DNA from: Kondoa subrosea
Taxonomy: Eukaryota
Direction: 5' to 3'
DNA length: 64,000 bases
NCBI GenBank assembly: GCA_039545335.1
Contig: BCIN01000003.1
Location: 1,623,941-1,687,940, forward strand
Below, piece after piece: positions 1-13,556 of this stretch. The translations under genes and the position numbers were made by a program. Positions within the stretch are counted from its first letter, which is position 1. Each line of letters begins with the position of its first letter. Below the pieces are notes generated by a model. The model was not told the origin of the DNA. It did not search any database and saw nothing but the letters and a program-made list of their open reading frames with translations.

Positions 1-1242
1 GAATGCTCAAAGAATCCATTGCAAGAACGAGATCTGCTTAAAAGAGCAGAACAGGTTTGTCCCAGATCAACAAATTTTGAGACTGTTTCTCATCCTATCG
101 TATTCGGGTCCAAACAGGTCCTTCAAAACGCTGATAGAATAGGCTGTCGCAAGTATTTGACACCAACAGCTATGGTTGCTGGAAATCCGAAATTGAACTT
201 GGCTTTCGTTGCGCATTTGTTCAACACTTGGCCCGGACTAGAGGTGCGCACTCGAATCTCTTCACGGTCCTTCTATACCTTTAGGCTGATTTGTATATGC
301 ACAGGCATTGGAAGAAAGCGAGAAACCAGTCATCGAGGAATTCGACGCGGAAGGAGAAAGAGAAGCTCGTGTCTTTACACTTTGGCTCAACAGCTTGAAC
401 GTCGAACCTGCTGTATATGATCTTTTTGAGAATTTGAAGGTCAGGACCACTACAATTCTGTGCCTTTGGGGACTGAATGTTCTGTGGAATTGACAGGACG
501 GAACAATCCTGCTGCAAGCTTTCGATAAAGTTATTCCTGGAACAGTGGCCTGGAGGAGGACAACCAAACGCAAACCACAAACTGATCCAGATGAACCTGC
601 ACCGGAACTTTCTCGATTCAAAGCAGTAGAAAACACGAACTATTCAGTCGAATTGGCTAAAGCGAATCATATGTCCATGGTTGGGATTCAAGGAGCTGAT
701 ATAGTGGACGGATCAAAGACTTTGACTCTTGGTCTGGTTTGGCAATTGATGAGAAAGAATGTGGTTGCTACTTTGGCTAGTCTATCTAAAGGTGGAAAAG
801 AAGTAACCGACTCTGATATCGTCAAGTGGGCAAACGAGAAAGTCAAGTCTGCTGGAAAGAAATCGAGCATGCGCAGCTTCAAAGATCCTGCAATCAAGGA
901 CGCTGTATTTTGGTTGGATCTGCTTGATGCGATGAAACCTGGCTATGTCGACTATGATCTGATTCAGTCCGGTAATACTGAAGAGGGATGCAAGAACAAT
1001 GGTGAGCGAGGCGAAAGATTTTTCAGTCAAAAGCTGATTATATTCTTGCTTTGTTTTACAGCTCGTCTCGCTATCTCAATTGCTAGAAAGATTGGCACTA
1101 CTATTTTTGTGGTACCCGAAGATCTGATCGAGTTGCGAACAAAGTTGATCATGACATTTGCTGGGTGAGCAGAGGAATACTTAGGAATCGATCGCGGCTG
1201 AATGCTACTCTTCACAGTGCGCTCATGGCAGTCCAGAGCTAG
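1..1242 (+). CDS. SAC6: Fimbrin (actin-bundling CH-domain protein), 3' part; 5' end lies outside the window
   Basis: Spliced ORFs give GNPKLNLAFVAHLFN, EGEREARVFTLWLNSL, LVWQLMR and AISIARKIG; last exon ...ALMAVQS* with TAG at 1240-1242. Confidence 0.95.
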
Positions 1243-1391
1243 TCAGAATAGAGGGTAAAGAACAGGCTGTAATTAACATTTGTACCAAAACAGAAAGAAT
1301 GAACTTGAAAGGACAATCAAAATGCTTGGAATGCAATGCGTTTACAAGTACATAATACAAATGTCGAGAATCAGTACAGGTTACTTCAGTG

Positions 1392-2742
1392 TTACTTCGA
1401 CTGCGAATTTGCGAGCTTAATACCCAGACTTGACTTCGAGCTTGAGGCAGTAGGGTTGAGGAACGGATCACGAGCGTAGCTAGCTGATAGCAGTAATCTA
1501 TTGCTCAAGGAGTCGACTGCAGTCTTACGTTTCTTTTCAGGCGGAGCTTCTAACAGCTTGACTCTGGACTTCTTGTTCAGTGAAGGTGTTGCCGAGCCCG
1601 AAGGCAAACCCATCTCAGCTTCTATTCGTCTTCTCTTCCGCTTTTCGTCTGAGTCAGCTCCAACGATCTTGCGCTGCTCTTGCTTCCAAATGGCTGCCGC
1701 TTTATCCCGCTCTTCTACTGTATCATCTTCCAGTAGGAGATTACTCGGCAACCCAAATCTCCCTCGAACTGCATCATCATCCGCATCCCGGATGTTTCTC
1801 TCTTTCTTATCCGCTCGGAAGGTGGTTCTTAGCTTTTTTGAAAGTTCGTAAGGATCAGCCCATCTTTCTTGCTGAAGTGCTTGCATCTGTTCCAGTCGGA
1901 CAGCGGCAGTAGCAGCATTCTGTTTGTCTGTTACAGCCTTCTCGACACTTGCTAAAGGATCTGGTGGTGCATTACTGTCCTTTTGATCTGTTTGCGAGAT
2001 TATCTGATGAACAACAGAACAGTCGATCACAACAACTTCACAAACCTAGCACAAATTGACCAGCTTCAGCAGGATCCCATTCTTCGTACTTCTGTCTAGC
2101 TCCTTCAGTGACGACATATCGAGTGTTCTAGTTTTACAGTGAGTTAGATCTTTCACTTGTAGATTTGGCTCACCTTTGGATCCGTTTCGATCGTAAACCA
2201 CTGCTTAGCACAAACATGACATTTGCAGCGAAAGGAATAGATAGGTGTCGAGTAATAATTTCCGATCTTCTTCTTTTCCGCATTGAAACGTACTCCTTGT
2301 CCTATATGAGCATTACAACCGCCGCACCATATGTTGAAGGGCTAAGATCATAGTTTAAGCAATCCTTTCGAGAAACAATTGAACGGGAAAATACCATTTC
2401 GAAGCGGCTATCGAAACCACTTCAACACATTGTAATAGCAGAACGCAAAGACCTTACGTGATGAGAATACCCTGATCAATCTTGCGAGCTCTATCTCCCA
2501 GTGCATGCTTGCCATGAACAGCATTGAGCGTCGCATGTTTGTTCGGATCACTTGCGCTCAGTATCAGTATTCACCGACAGTAGGCTTAATAGATTATCTC
2601 ACTAATCGGGCGGATAGTATCTGACCAGAAAGACTCAGGTTGGACAAAGTTAGGAAGCCGAGAATTACGAACCTGTTGAATCCTGAGATAACGAGCAGTC
2701 AGTCTGGTTTACAGCTTTGGAGGGCACAAGCAGACCTTGCAT
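1392..2742 (-). CDS. CCDC130/Saf4 (Yju2/CWC16 family) splicing-associated protein
   Basis: Micro-exons assemble MQGFNRYYPPDY; later segments include CGGCNAHIGQG, YVFNAEKKKIGNYYST and RYDP-like RYVVTEGAR; coiled C-terminal ORF at 1392-2030. Confidence 0.85.
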
Positions 2743-3284
2743 GCTGAATTGAGTCTACGCTGGTAAGGTACTGCCGCGCAATGCTTGAACAAAGCGAGAT
2801 CGATGACAAGTCTAATGTCTTCTTGTATAGGCCAAACTTAGGTGTACGGAATTGCTAGAGCAATTGATCTATCGCCGCGCTTCCAATACTGCAAAAGACT
2901 GTGCTAAAGAACAAGACGATATTGGGTTGTGATTGAATGCAGACAAGCAGCTCGAGTATTTCTCAATGAATAGGGTCAAATAGCTATGTAGCGTTTGGAA
3001 GGCTAGAATTCGTTGCCGATAGCAGAGAGAATCCCTGCCCTGCGTGTGCAGCTGAAGCGCAATGCCTGCTTCCCTCACTTTCTGCTCCACTCTGACTGTA
3101 AGGCTAGACTTCAGTCGCCGCTTCCTATGAACGTCCTGAGGTCAGATCTGCAGCCAGAAGTGCAACCGATCGTACCTTGTTCTGGTCCCGTGATCATAGA
3201 GCAGTGAACACCTCGAGGTACACTTCACGAAGATTGGCCGCGAGACATAATGTGGTGAGGAAAGAGAAATGACCAAGCTCTTGC

Positions 3285-4739
3285 TTATACATAGCCATAG
3301 GTACTGTATGTCTCAAGGGTTTTTGCCGAGATGATGTCTGACTTTTGTGGATTCCAGAACTGAACCATCTTCCCTTGATGAACCAAAGCAGCTACTTTTG
3401 AATTGACCTTAGCTACCCGTTGCCTGCGACCTTCATCCTCCTTTATGAGCAACTTCGACCGCTCTATAGTCATCACATGCCCATCATACCGCAGACTGAC
3501 TAAACCGGGTACATTGATATATCGAAAGTGAAATATTGGCTGCCACGGAAATTCGAGTGATAGAGCTTGAATATAGGTGTAAAGACGTCCAATGGTCGGA
3601 TCTGCAGTTTGTCGTACCGTTGACCAATTAGAGCACTGTACAGTTCGAAGACATGGAAAGGCCTGAGGGTGTCGAGAAAAGAATTTCAATATAGTTTGAT
3701 CGATGTGTGCAGTGTTGGGGTCATTTGGATACTCGGTGAATGAGCGAACAAGCGAGTCCGCCAGGAAGTTGAAATGTTCCAATCTTGTACATGCAGGGTA
3801 TAATTGTTGTGCCGAAGCAGTTGGTACTTCGAGCAGACCTTCTAGCACCTGGAGGAGCGATCCAGATGAAAGCACATCTGTGTATGATAGCGGCCAAGTG
3901 TAGCGAATGGATATCGTAGTACAGTTTGGAAAGATAGCCAAGAAATCTGTCCATTCTTCATCGCCCTCCCAGAAAAAATTGACCAGCTCTAGGGACTTGA
4001 TGTTATCGCCTTTCATGCCAACTCCATGTGTGACCAAGTCCGAGACGAATAGCCGATTGTTTTCTGAATATTGGTAATATTCAAAGCTGATGGACAGCTT
4101 CCGCAATCCGACAGAGCTTGCATATGCCAGACTTTGCACGAGACCTATTGCTTCTAAGCTGCTCTTCCTGTGCCCTGAGTACGATGGCAGACTGATTCGG
4201 AGCGATTCAATCTTTGTACATGAGGATATAGGCGAGAGCAAAGGACAGTCGGCCAGTAAGAAGCTCAGATTCTCGGCTTGTTTCTTCCGTACCATGTCCA
4301 GCAGCTCTTCTCCATTCGCTCTTCGGGTGAGACAGACCGCTGGCGGAACAAGCAGTGCTAGTTGCAGTATAATGTCGCGGTCAGCTGCATCCAGTTCAAT
4401 AGTGATTTCTCGAACGAGATCAGCCAGAGTAGAGTTCTGTACTAGTGTCTGGCCAAGGTCTCGTTGCGCTGAGTGACGAAAATACACTTTGCTGAGATCA
4501 AGAGATTCGTAGATTTTGGGCGCTCCAACATCGTAAAAGACTTCTGTAATGCGTCACGTGCAGTGATGAGTACAAGCTATCTGTCGCGGTAATTGGGACT
4601 GCTCACTGGACACAGCGCAGAAAGAGAGGAATTCCTTCTTCAAGTCAAACTTCTCGGCCGCTTTGTCGCTTGAGTTCTCGCACAGCTTCTGCAGCTCTTC
4701 AGCTATCTTGTAGACCACATCGTAAGGTATAGTAAGCAT
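3285..4739 (-). CDS. Putative F-box-like/LRR-like hypothetical protein
   Basis: N-terminal MLTIPYDVVYKIAEEL...FLSFCAVS resembles a degenerate F-box; one intron is followed by a 400-aa ORF with LxxLxI repeats. Confidence 0.55.
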
Positions 4740-4843
4740 TGGGGTATACAGTCGTGAAACTCTTCGTGGTGTTCGGAAGAGCACGATATGAAAGCGGTGC
4801 AAAGGGCAATCCTTTACATATTCATTCACTATGCGGGCGCTAG

Positions 4844-6634
4844 CTACTCTTCAACAGAATCTCCCTCGTTCATCTGGTCCATTTGTGCATTATATCTTCC
4901 GCCAACAATATCGGCAGCATCAACCATCTTGCGCAACTCAGCCAATTCATCTTTCGATAGTTTGACCTTGAGTGCACCAAGAGCTTCTTCAACACCTGCC
5001 TTGCGGGTAGAACCAGGAATAGGCAGTACACCTTGAGCGAGTAGCCAGGCAAGGGACAGCTGAGCGACTGTGCAATCTTTCTTGGAAGCGAATGCAGTCA
5101 ATTGATCGACCAGCTGTCATTATCTGATCGGCAAGCGGAAAAGTAATGTATCGCGACAAATACCTTCATGTTCTTATCGAAGTTTTCGGGCTGTAGACAA
5201 TCATTAATGCGTATCCTGAACAAGCTGGCTAGTACAACTAACCTGGAAGCGATCAAAGTGGTGTCGCTGGTCGTCCTTGGGAATATCGGACAACTTCTTG
5301 ACAGAGCCAGTCAAGATACTGCGCGGCCCAGATGTTTAGGTTCGTTTGCAAGTAGACGATAGCCACATACCCTCTGGCTAAAGGCTGTTCCGCATGTCAG
5401 GATCACAAGTCATTCAAGCGAAAGCGTAAGATCACTGACAGAATAGGCAATGACGGGAATGTTGAGCTATCACGGAATCAGCGATGCATCAACTGGATAT
5501 GGTTATTAAATTTCACCTCTTTGCAAGCCTCCAAGACACCATTCCGTTCAATATCAAGACTGAAAGGTCTGCCACGGGATCATTGTTAGCAACTGATCAG
5601 GCGATGGATTGTAAATTTACGAATACTCGACTTCTACGCCGCTGATTGTAGCTACTTTTGCAGCTCGCCGGATTGTCTTTGCGCTACATCTGAAATTGCA
5701 TATGAGCTGATCTCGAACTCGCAAGCGAGGAAGCGAGAGACATACTCCGATAGTGAAATATACTTAAAGTGACCTTCTTCGATCAAGGCTTTCAGATCAC
5801 GCATAACCTGTGAAGAAAGTGTTCAGAACTCGGAAGATTGTGCTAATTATAAGCAACTGACTTGCTCAATAGGTACTTTTGGATCAACACGAGCGCATTC
5901 GAACATGTCCATTTTCTTGTAGCCGCCGAGTTCTTTATTACTGTATCATCCCGTTCATGTTCAAGCAGAAACACATCTCGTAAAGGATGGAATACTTACA
6001 TCGCTTCCACAGATCGACGCAAACCTTCGGTACTAGCATCTGGACCACCAGAGAGAGGAATCTTCATACCGCCTTTAACGGAAAGGAATGTTTTCCTACC
6101 ACATAGTCGGCTCCACTGAAAAAGTAGAGGACAAGCGACTCACTCAACGTAATCAGGATTCGCTTTGTAGAATCTAGCCAAAAGTCGCAAATTCGCTTGA
6201 GGTGGGTCAACACCATAGAATTCACCTTGTTGCTAGGTGTATCAGCACTCAAGCATAGAAGTAAAAGAAGGACCGGAAACTGACCGGAATTGAGCATGTT
6301 TGAACCAGCATCTACAGCAGTTTTGATTGCTTCAAAGGCTTGATCATCTGCTGTTGAAGTGGGCTTCCAAGTGAAGTTCATCAGACCACTATACGGGCAA
6401 GGGCATCAAAACAATGTTCATGGGTTATAGAACGGAATGAGAGACAGCTTCGTAGGATGCAAACTCGCGTAAGAAGCGCATAAGAAGATAGACGAGGGGA
6501 AAGGTAGAGACGACAGCAGGATACTCGCTACTGCGAGGAAGACCTGCTGAAGCCGAAGACGCAGAGTACCAAACCAGACTGAGGTGAACGTGCATCACTT
6601 ACTAGCCTAGGTTGCTTTTGAGTTGGGACTGCAT
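4844..6634 (-). CDS. Aldo-keto reductase (pyridoxal reductase-like)
   Basis: GLMNFTW...AFEAIKTAVDAG, DMFECARVD, AQLSLAWLLAQG and PIPGSTR motifs across many exons. Confidence 0.9.
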
Positions 6635-7061
6635 GTTGTCTGATGTGGTAATAGATGGCGGATGAGAGAAGAGGACCAGCTGAGGCTATCACAAGGTGCT
6701 TGCGAGGGACGCCGCTTTTAATTGTTGATTACGAAAGTGATCGGCTTCCGTAGGCTAGGTAGCAGAGCCTCTTCTAAGCTGACTCTCGCAATTGAAGGTA
6801 TAACCAATTGGCAGTATGGCTCTGAACGTTGAACGTATGTGACGTGACTGCGAAAACCAACACAAGGGATGCATCTATTCTGCTGAAGCTACAAATTCGG
6901 TCTCGAGCGGTGTTGCAGGAGCAGTCTCAGCCTGACAGAGTCTCAGTGCATGTCATTTGTAAACATTAGCTGATTCTACGAGGCCGTGGCTAGAAGAGCC
7001 TTCCAAGGATTTTCGTTGATTTCTCGCTAAGACAACTTCAACCACATACCAACACTTCAAA

Positions 7062-9247
7062 ATGGCTCTCATAGATTACGACTCTGACGAGGCCCTCGTA
7101 GAGAATGTATCGCCTCACGAGGAAGAGCAAGATGAAGCGCCTGATGCAACAAATCCCTTCAATCTGAATTCCACAAGTTCTGCCAGCTCTGTCATCGCTA
7201 AAGGCAATGCTTCGTCTGTTCAAGCAGCTAATGCAGCTCCCTTTGTACTGGACAAGGTAATGTCCCTACTTCTGCAGAGACCTGAGGCAGGAGCCTTACC
7301 TTTGTAATTCCTCTTTCACACAGGACATCATGAACACGAATCAAAACTCTATGATCTTAAGACCAACAGATACTCAAATGAACGTCAATGTAACATATCA
7401 AGACATGATGCAACCTACTCAAGGTCCTTCCAATCCATTCGAGAATCGAGTTTTAGAGAAACAAAACACTTTAACCGGTCATGTAGAAGATCATGCTATG
7501 TCAGGAGCTGATTTCAAGATGCAGCAAAGATCTTTTCATGTGAATGGTTATGCAAGAAACCCTTCTTTGCTTGTTGAGGGTGAATTTACTGGAGATATGA
7601 AAGCCGCTGCAAGTAACAATTGGCAAAGTATAGAGGATATGAGACCTACTATGGCTCAAGGTAGAGCTATGAAGCGCAAGAGGAAAGAGAAAGGAACTTT
7701 GGGAGTGTTTGATGCTGAAGCGCCTGAAGGTGAAGATGCGGAGGATTCGATGAGAGATCCAAACAGAAAGAAAGAGTACAAAGGGCCTTGGGCATCTTGG
7801 GAAGAAGAAAAGATCGATGATGGACCCGAATACGAAGAAGTTGAAGAAGAGCATGTTAAGCGAGCAAAGAAAGCTCCAATTATCGAAAGGTCGAAACGAG
7901 ATGTTGGCTTTGGAGAAGAGAAGAGTGTTTTCCATGGCTCCTCAATGCGCGATTATCAAGGTCGGACTTACATGTCAGTGCCAACGGATGCTGGAGTCGA
8001 TCTCTCGCCGGAAGATCCAGGTCAACAACAATGCTATATACCGAAAAAGTGCATTCATACATGGTCAGGCCATACCAAAGCTGTTTCTGCCATTCAACTT
8101 TTCCCCAAATCTGGTCATCTTATTCTTTCCGCTTCGATGGACACAAGAGTCAAGCTGTGGGATATCTATCACGAAGGCAAATGCTTACGAACGTTCATGG
8201 GTCATTCAGCTGCTGTTCGAGATATCGATTTCGCGCCTGATGGAAAAACTTTCCTTTCTGCTGGTTTCGATCGGCAGATGAAGCTTTGGGATACAGAAAC
8301 AGGTGCGCATTGATTTGACAACGCTATATCATAGCTCATTGTCTTATTGATTGTGTACAGGCGAATGCAAACAAGCTTTCACAAATGGCAAAATCCCTTA
8401 CTGCATTCGTTTCCAAGTGGATCCACAGAAACCAAATGTCTTCTTAGCTGGTATGTCGGATAAGAAGATTATTCAATACGATATTCGATCGGGAGAGATT
8501 GTGCAAGAGTATGATCAGCATTTGGGACCTGTGAACACTATTACCTTTACTGATGAGGGAAGAAGGTGCGTCGTTGGGAGCTGCTCAGACTTGTTCTGAT
8601 GCGTTGTTCTACTTGAGCACAGATTCGTCACTACTTCTGATGACAAGAGTATGCGGGCTTGGGATTTCGATATTCCTGTCGTCATCAAATACATTGCCGA
8701 ACCTACCATGCACAGTATGCCAGCGTGTGCTGTATCTCCAAATGGTGCGTTCAACTGGCTTACATTACACTTTACGTGGTCTGATATTAAGCGATGGTAA
8801 TATACAGCTAAATGGCTAGCTATGCAATCTCTCGATAATCAGATCCTCATTTACTCCTCCGACACCTTCAAGCAAAACAGGAAAAAGAGATTCGCAGGTC
8901 ATACCATAGCAGGTTACGCTTGCGTTCCCGATTTCTCACCAGATGGGAAATTCATTTCTTCTGGTGATGGAAGTGGGAACGTTCATTTCTGGGATTTCAA
9001 ATCGGGCAAGAAATACCCTAACAGGTTGCAAGCTCATAACAAAGTTGTCATTGCCCAGAAGTGGTTGCCTCATGAAACTGTAAGTGATTCCTTTCGATTA
9101 TTACAGTAATTTATGTTGATGCTGTTTCTGTATGTAGTCCAAATTGGTGACTGCTAGTTGGGACACGACTATAAAACTTTGGGCGCGTTCTTCTTCTTCT
9201 GCCTTGGGTATGTGGTCTTCAGCTGACAATAATCTTTGCAGGATTGA
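7062..9247 (+). CDS. CDC40: Pre-mRNA splicing factor Prp17/Cdc40 (WD40)
   Basis: [36 protein letters not shown] and [15 protein letters not shown]; final exon GAT TGA. Confidence 0.95.
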
Positions 9248-9574
9248 AGCAGCATCAAATCGCGTAGTTGTCAATGGAGGAGAGCAGACTTAGCGCATGA
9301 TCAAGCGGACATGGAAGCCTATGTATAGTGATCCCAAATGTGATGCCGAGCAGTGTTTTCAAAAGATCGCCCACTCTCGACCCCTCCAATCAATAATTCG
9401 ATTTTTCCCACCAAAGAGCGATTTCTTTCCTCTGCATCGACCTTCTATTTCTCTGTTCCTCAGCTTTGGTACTTGCACCCTCACACGGCTCTTCAGCCAC
9501 TCACAAGCTTCTTCAAGCACCTACATCCGTTTACCTAATCAACAAAACTCCATTTTGCGCGATCAAAACAAATA

Positions 9575-12500
9575 ATGCGCATTACTGCTCTTTGCCTGTT
9601 TCTTGGGCTGGGTCTCACTTCAACTCAAGCTAAATCTTCTCGCAGCAAGACTGGCCGCAAGGAGCAGCCAGCTAAACTAAAACTCCAAGATCCATTCTCC
9701 GAAACCAATTCACTGGTACCGAATGCTTGGATCGTGGAACTGGATGCAGCGGAAGATTTACCCCGAATAGCTCGGAGAGGCCATTCAGGACATATCAAGA
9801 GGGATCTGGAATCAATTGTTCATTCCCACACAGTTCCGTATTTATGCCAAGAACTGATTGAGAGATGTAGGCACATAATAAATTATACTCCTTCTTGGAT
9901 CACAAACATGCTCAGTATGATGTTCGACATGAATTCAATGAGAAGCCTTCGATCTTTTACGGCACTTCAATTACGCTGAATGATACAGCTCAACTGGATG
10001 CAATTCGAGCAATGCCTGTTGTCAAGGTTCGCTTGAGCGAATGGTTGCAGGTAATTCGTAAGCTGACGAAAAGTCTCACAGAATGTTTGGCCAGTCGAAC
10101 AATATATTCATCCTGAATATCAGATCTCAGAGCGCCAGCAAAAGCAAAAACGAAGCTTGGAGGAAAGAGCGACTCGCGAAGTCTATCGTGAGTGTTCCTC
10201 TGAACTCTTTACGGCCGCTGATTCTCTGGACGTATTAGCACCCCATGATCAGCTTGGCATCAACAAGGTGCGAAGGAGTGAGGCCGAATGTTGTTCAACT
10301 AATCCTGTTGTAGTTGCAAGCGCAAGGCCTTAAAGGTCAAGGAATCAAGATTGGTATCGTTGACTATGGTGTAGATTATTTACACCCGGCACTAGGTGGT
10401 TGCTACGGCGCAGGGTGTAAAGTTGCATTTGGTCAGTACTGCTTATTTGTTTTTCTGTTTGGCTCACCCGTCCGATTGCTCTGTTACCAGGCTACGATTT
10501 CGTAGACAACAGTATGCTAATCTGTTCGCTCACAAGTCTATAGCTAAGGAGGATGTCAATAGAAAATGATCCTTATCAAGATTGCCCTGCAGCTTCTCAC
10601 GGCACATTTGTTGCTGGCATTATAGGCGCAAATGCCAATGCGACAGGTATGATCGGTGTAGCGCCTGAGGTGCGTCTAAGAAGTAGCTATCCACGCCTCC
10701 AGCATTCATTGACACTTTGATCTAGGCAACTCTTGGCGGTAAATCAGATTCCACTCCGAGATTCGGCCACTGTCGCTGATACAAAGCCAGCGTATCGTAT
10801 ATTCGATTGTAACGGCAGAACAACGAACGTCCTTACTATCCAAGCTCTTTTGCGGGCTGCGGCAGATAATGTCGATGTCATCAACTACTCAGGCGGATCT
10901 TCGGCTGCTTGGACATCTACTGCTGTGTCTGTTGTCGTCGATCGGATTACAGCGCAAGGCACAGTTGTTGTCGTGAGTTCTCTTAAAAGCTAATTCATAG
11001 CTCTCATGCTGAACACGTCTCAGGTATCTGCGAGCGATTATGGGAATCAAGGTCTGTGTTTCATGAAGGGCGCGCCCAGTTGCTCAAGATATTCCAGGCC
11101 AGTTTTATAATGATCAGTAAGCAGCCGCTGAATGTGCGTCACTTTGAACTCACTGCTGCTTTCAGGCCAGCTGTATCCAAGACAGCTCTCTCGGTCGGAT
11201 CTGTCGGTCCGCAGTAAGGGTCTCCCTCCTCAGTAGCAAGTTTGGCCTAAGCTAGCATTTCAGGAAATTGGTCCAATTCACAGCCACAATTGTCCAGAAT
11301 GGCCGAGAACTCGTCAGTATTCAGCTCTCAGCCAATTCGCAATGTAATAGCTTTTTACAGCGTTTTTACGGTTCTCATGCCTTTGTTCCGCGGCGGCTGA
11401 ATCTGTTCGTGCTGACTCGGAACACGAAGTCTGAGAATGATGGCTGCGAACCTTTCCCTGCCACTACGCCGGATCTGAGTGGATCAGTCGCGATCATTCG
11501 GCGCGTAAGTGATATGTGTGACAGTCGCAATGCACGGCTTGATGAACCGTCGATAGGGTGGATGTGCCATTGCGGACAAGCTGCTCAATGCTGCTAAATT
11601 CAACGTGAGGACACGATCTTCTTCGTCTGTTCGTGATTTGATCCATTCTCTTTCCAGGCTGCCGGTGTTTTAAGTGAGTTATGCTGTTTTACCTGGATCG
11701 TCGACGCTGAACTGTGCAAAAGTCTACAACCAGCCCGGCGATTCCTTCTTATACGAAGATGGTACCTATGACGGCTTCACAAGCGGTGACGCTGGTCTGC
11801 TTTCAGCAGAAGATGGCGAATATGTTGGTGCCTCTTTATTTCCCGTGATGGCGCTGACCTTGCTTGACAGCTCGTGTTCCGTATAAATCAAGGCTGGGGA
11901 GGCACGCTAGTCTTCAACGATCCTTTGGTGACCACCCCAAATCCGACCTCAGCGGGTCAATTGAGGTACATTTCAAGTCACTTCGCGAACCCAACTGACA
12001 TCTGCGTACTTTACAGCGAGATTCTGGGCGTAGATTTCAGCTCCTACGGGCCTACTTATGATATGTATCCCGTGCCAAAGCTTCTAGCTCCTGGAGGTAA
12101 GATCTTTTTGCTTGTCCGCGCTCTGTTTGCTGCCTATCATCTAGAAAATATCTTGTCAACCTTCCCGCGCAACCTTGGTTACTATTCAGTTCTATCTGGC
12201 ACGTCTTTTGCAACTCCGTTTGTGACTGTCCGTTGGCTTCGCGTACTCCTTTCGTCAGGACTGAGTATTCTTGTAGGGGGCTGTGGCGCTTTATATACAG
12301 CAAGCTAGAGCTTCGCAAGCCAATATCACTCCCGCAGTCATCGGCAACGCCTTCACATCTACAGCCAAGCCTGTGGCTTCTGGCTCTGATCTTGTTACCG
12401 TTTCGCGTCAAGGCGGAGGAATCATGGACGCCTACACAGCTGTTACCGCTAAATCGACTGTGGATAGTTCATTCCTTCTGCTCAACGATACAAGATACTT

Positions 12501-13556
12501 TCAGAAGTCTCAAACCATAAGACGTGAGAGCTGATAGCAACATTAGTGCTTCTGTCTGAAGCATGATCTTTAGTGACGAATGGTGGTTCCAAGCTGGTCT
12601 CATATACAGTTTCTCATGTTCCTGCTTTGACCAGTCTTCCATTTCAAGCAGTGCGTTCTCGCTGTACTCCAAGCGGTAAAACTCTCATTTCTGCTTGCAG
12701 GGGTCTTTCTATCCCTTGGAAACCCCTGGTACATCGCAAAGTGCCGGACAAGCTAGTTTCAAGTATCCTTATCTACAACTGGGTGCTGGTCAAACGCTGG
12801 CTATCCCTCTTACCTTTTCGCCTCCAAGTGGTCTTCAAGCTTCGACTTTCCCAATTTACTCTGGATACATCCAGATTGACTCATCGGAGAATGTTACATT
12901 CACCGTTCCATATCTTGGAATGGCGGCGGCAATGTATGACATGCAAGTCATCGATACCGGTTCAGCTGTTGCGGGTGCGACTCTTCCGCTCATAGCAGAC
13001 AGCAATCTCAACATTCAGACTGGTCCTCATACATACACATTCACCGGATCTGACTATCCCAATATATTCTTGAGACTTGTTGGTAAGTTACAATTTTGGC
13101 GTCAGACGATCAAGACTGATCATTCCAAGCTGGCACACCTCAATTGCTGCTCGAAGTAATCAGTTTACCTCAAGGAGAAGCAGGCAGTCGCAATACACCT
13201 CCACCTGTCCTATTAGGCACTTATGTTACAGCGGTTTATGTGGCCCGGAATCCTTCCAGTCGACCGGCTTTCCCAACTGATGTCATAACACAACAACTCA
13301 GATGGGACGGCACTGTCAATAACGGTTCTAGCACGATCAAATTAGCTAACGGTTCTTATCAATTGCGTTTGCGGTAGGTTGCTTTCGCTGTACTTCATCG
13401 ACATTCTCAATATGCTCTTTCTAGTGCTCTCAAAATGACTGGCGATCCTGCTAACGCTTCTGACTATGAGTGAGTGCAAGTGAGCACTCTCCTATTCTAG
13501 ACTGATGCGCATTTCGCAGATCATGGACATCCCCCATCATCACAATATCTCGCTAG
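9575..13556 (+). CDS. Secreted subtilisin-like S8 peptidase (signal peptide, I9-like prodomain, PA insert, Fn3-like C-terminus)
   Basis: Signal MRITALCLFLGLGLTSTQA; triad motifs IGIVDYGVDYLHPALGG, SHGTFVAG and SGTSFATP; QGGGIMD; more than 20 short introns. Confidence 0.9.

Noticed and set aside
2869..3207. Short ORFs between the CCDC130 and F-box-like genes
   Set aside because: Short and featureless; likely UTR or promoter sequence
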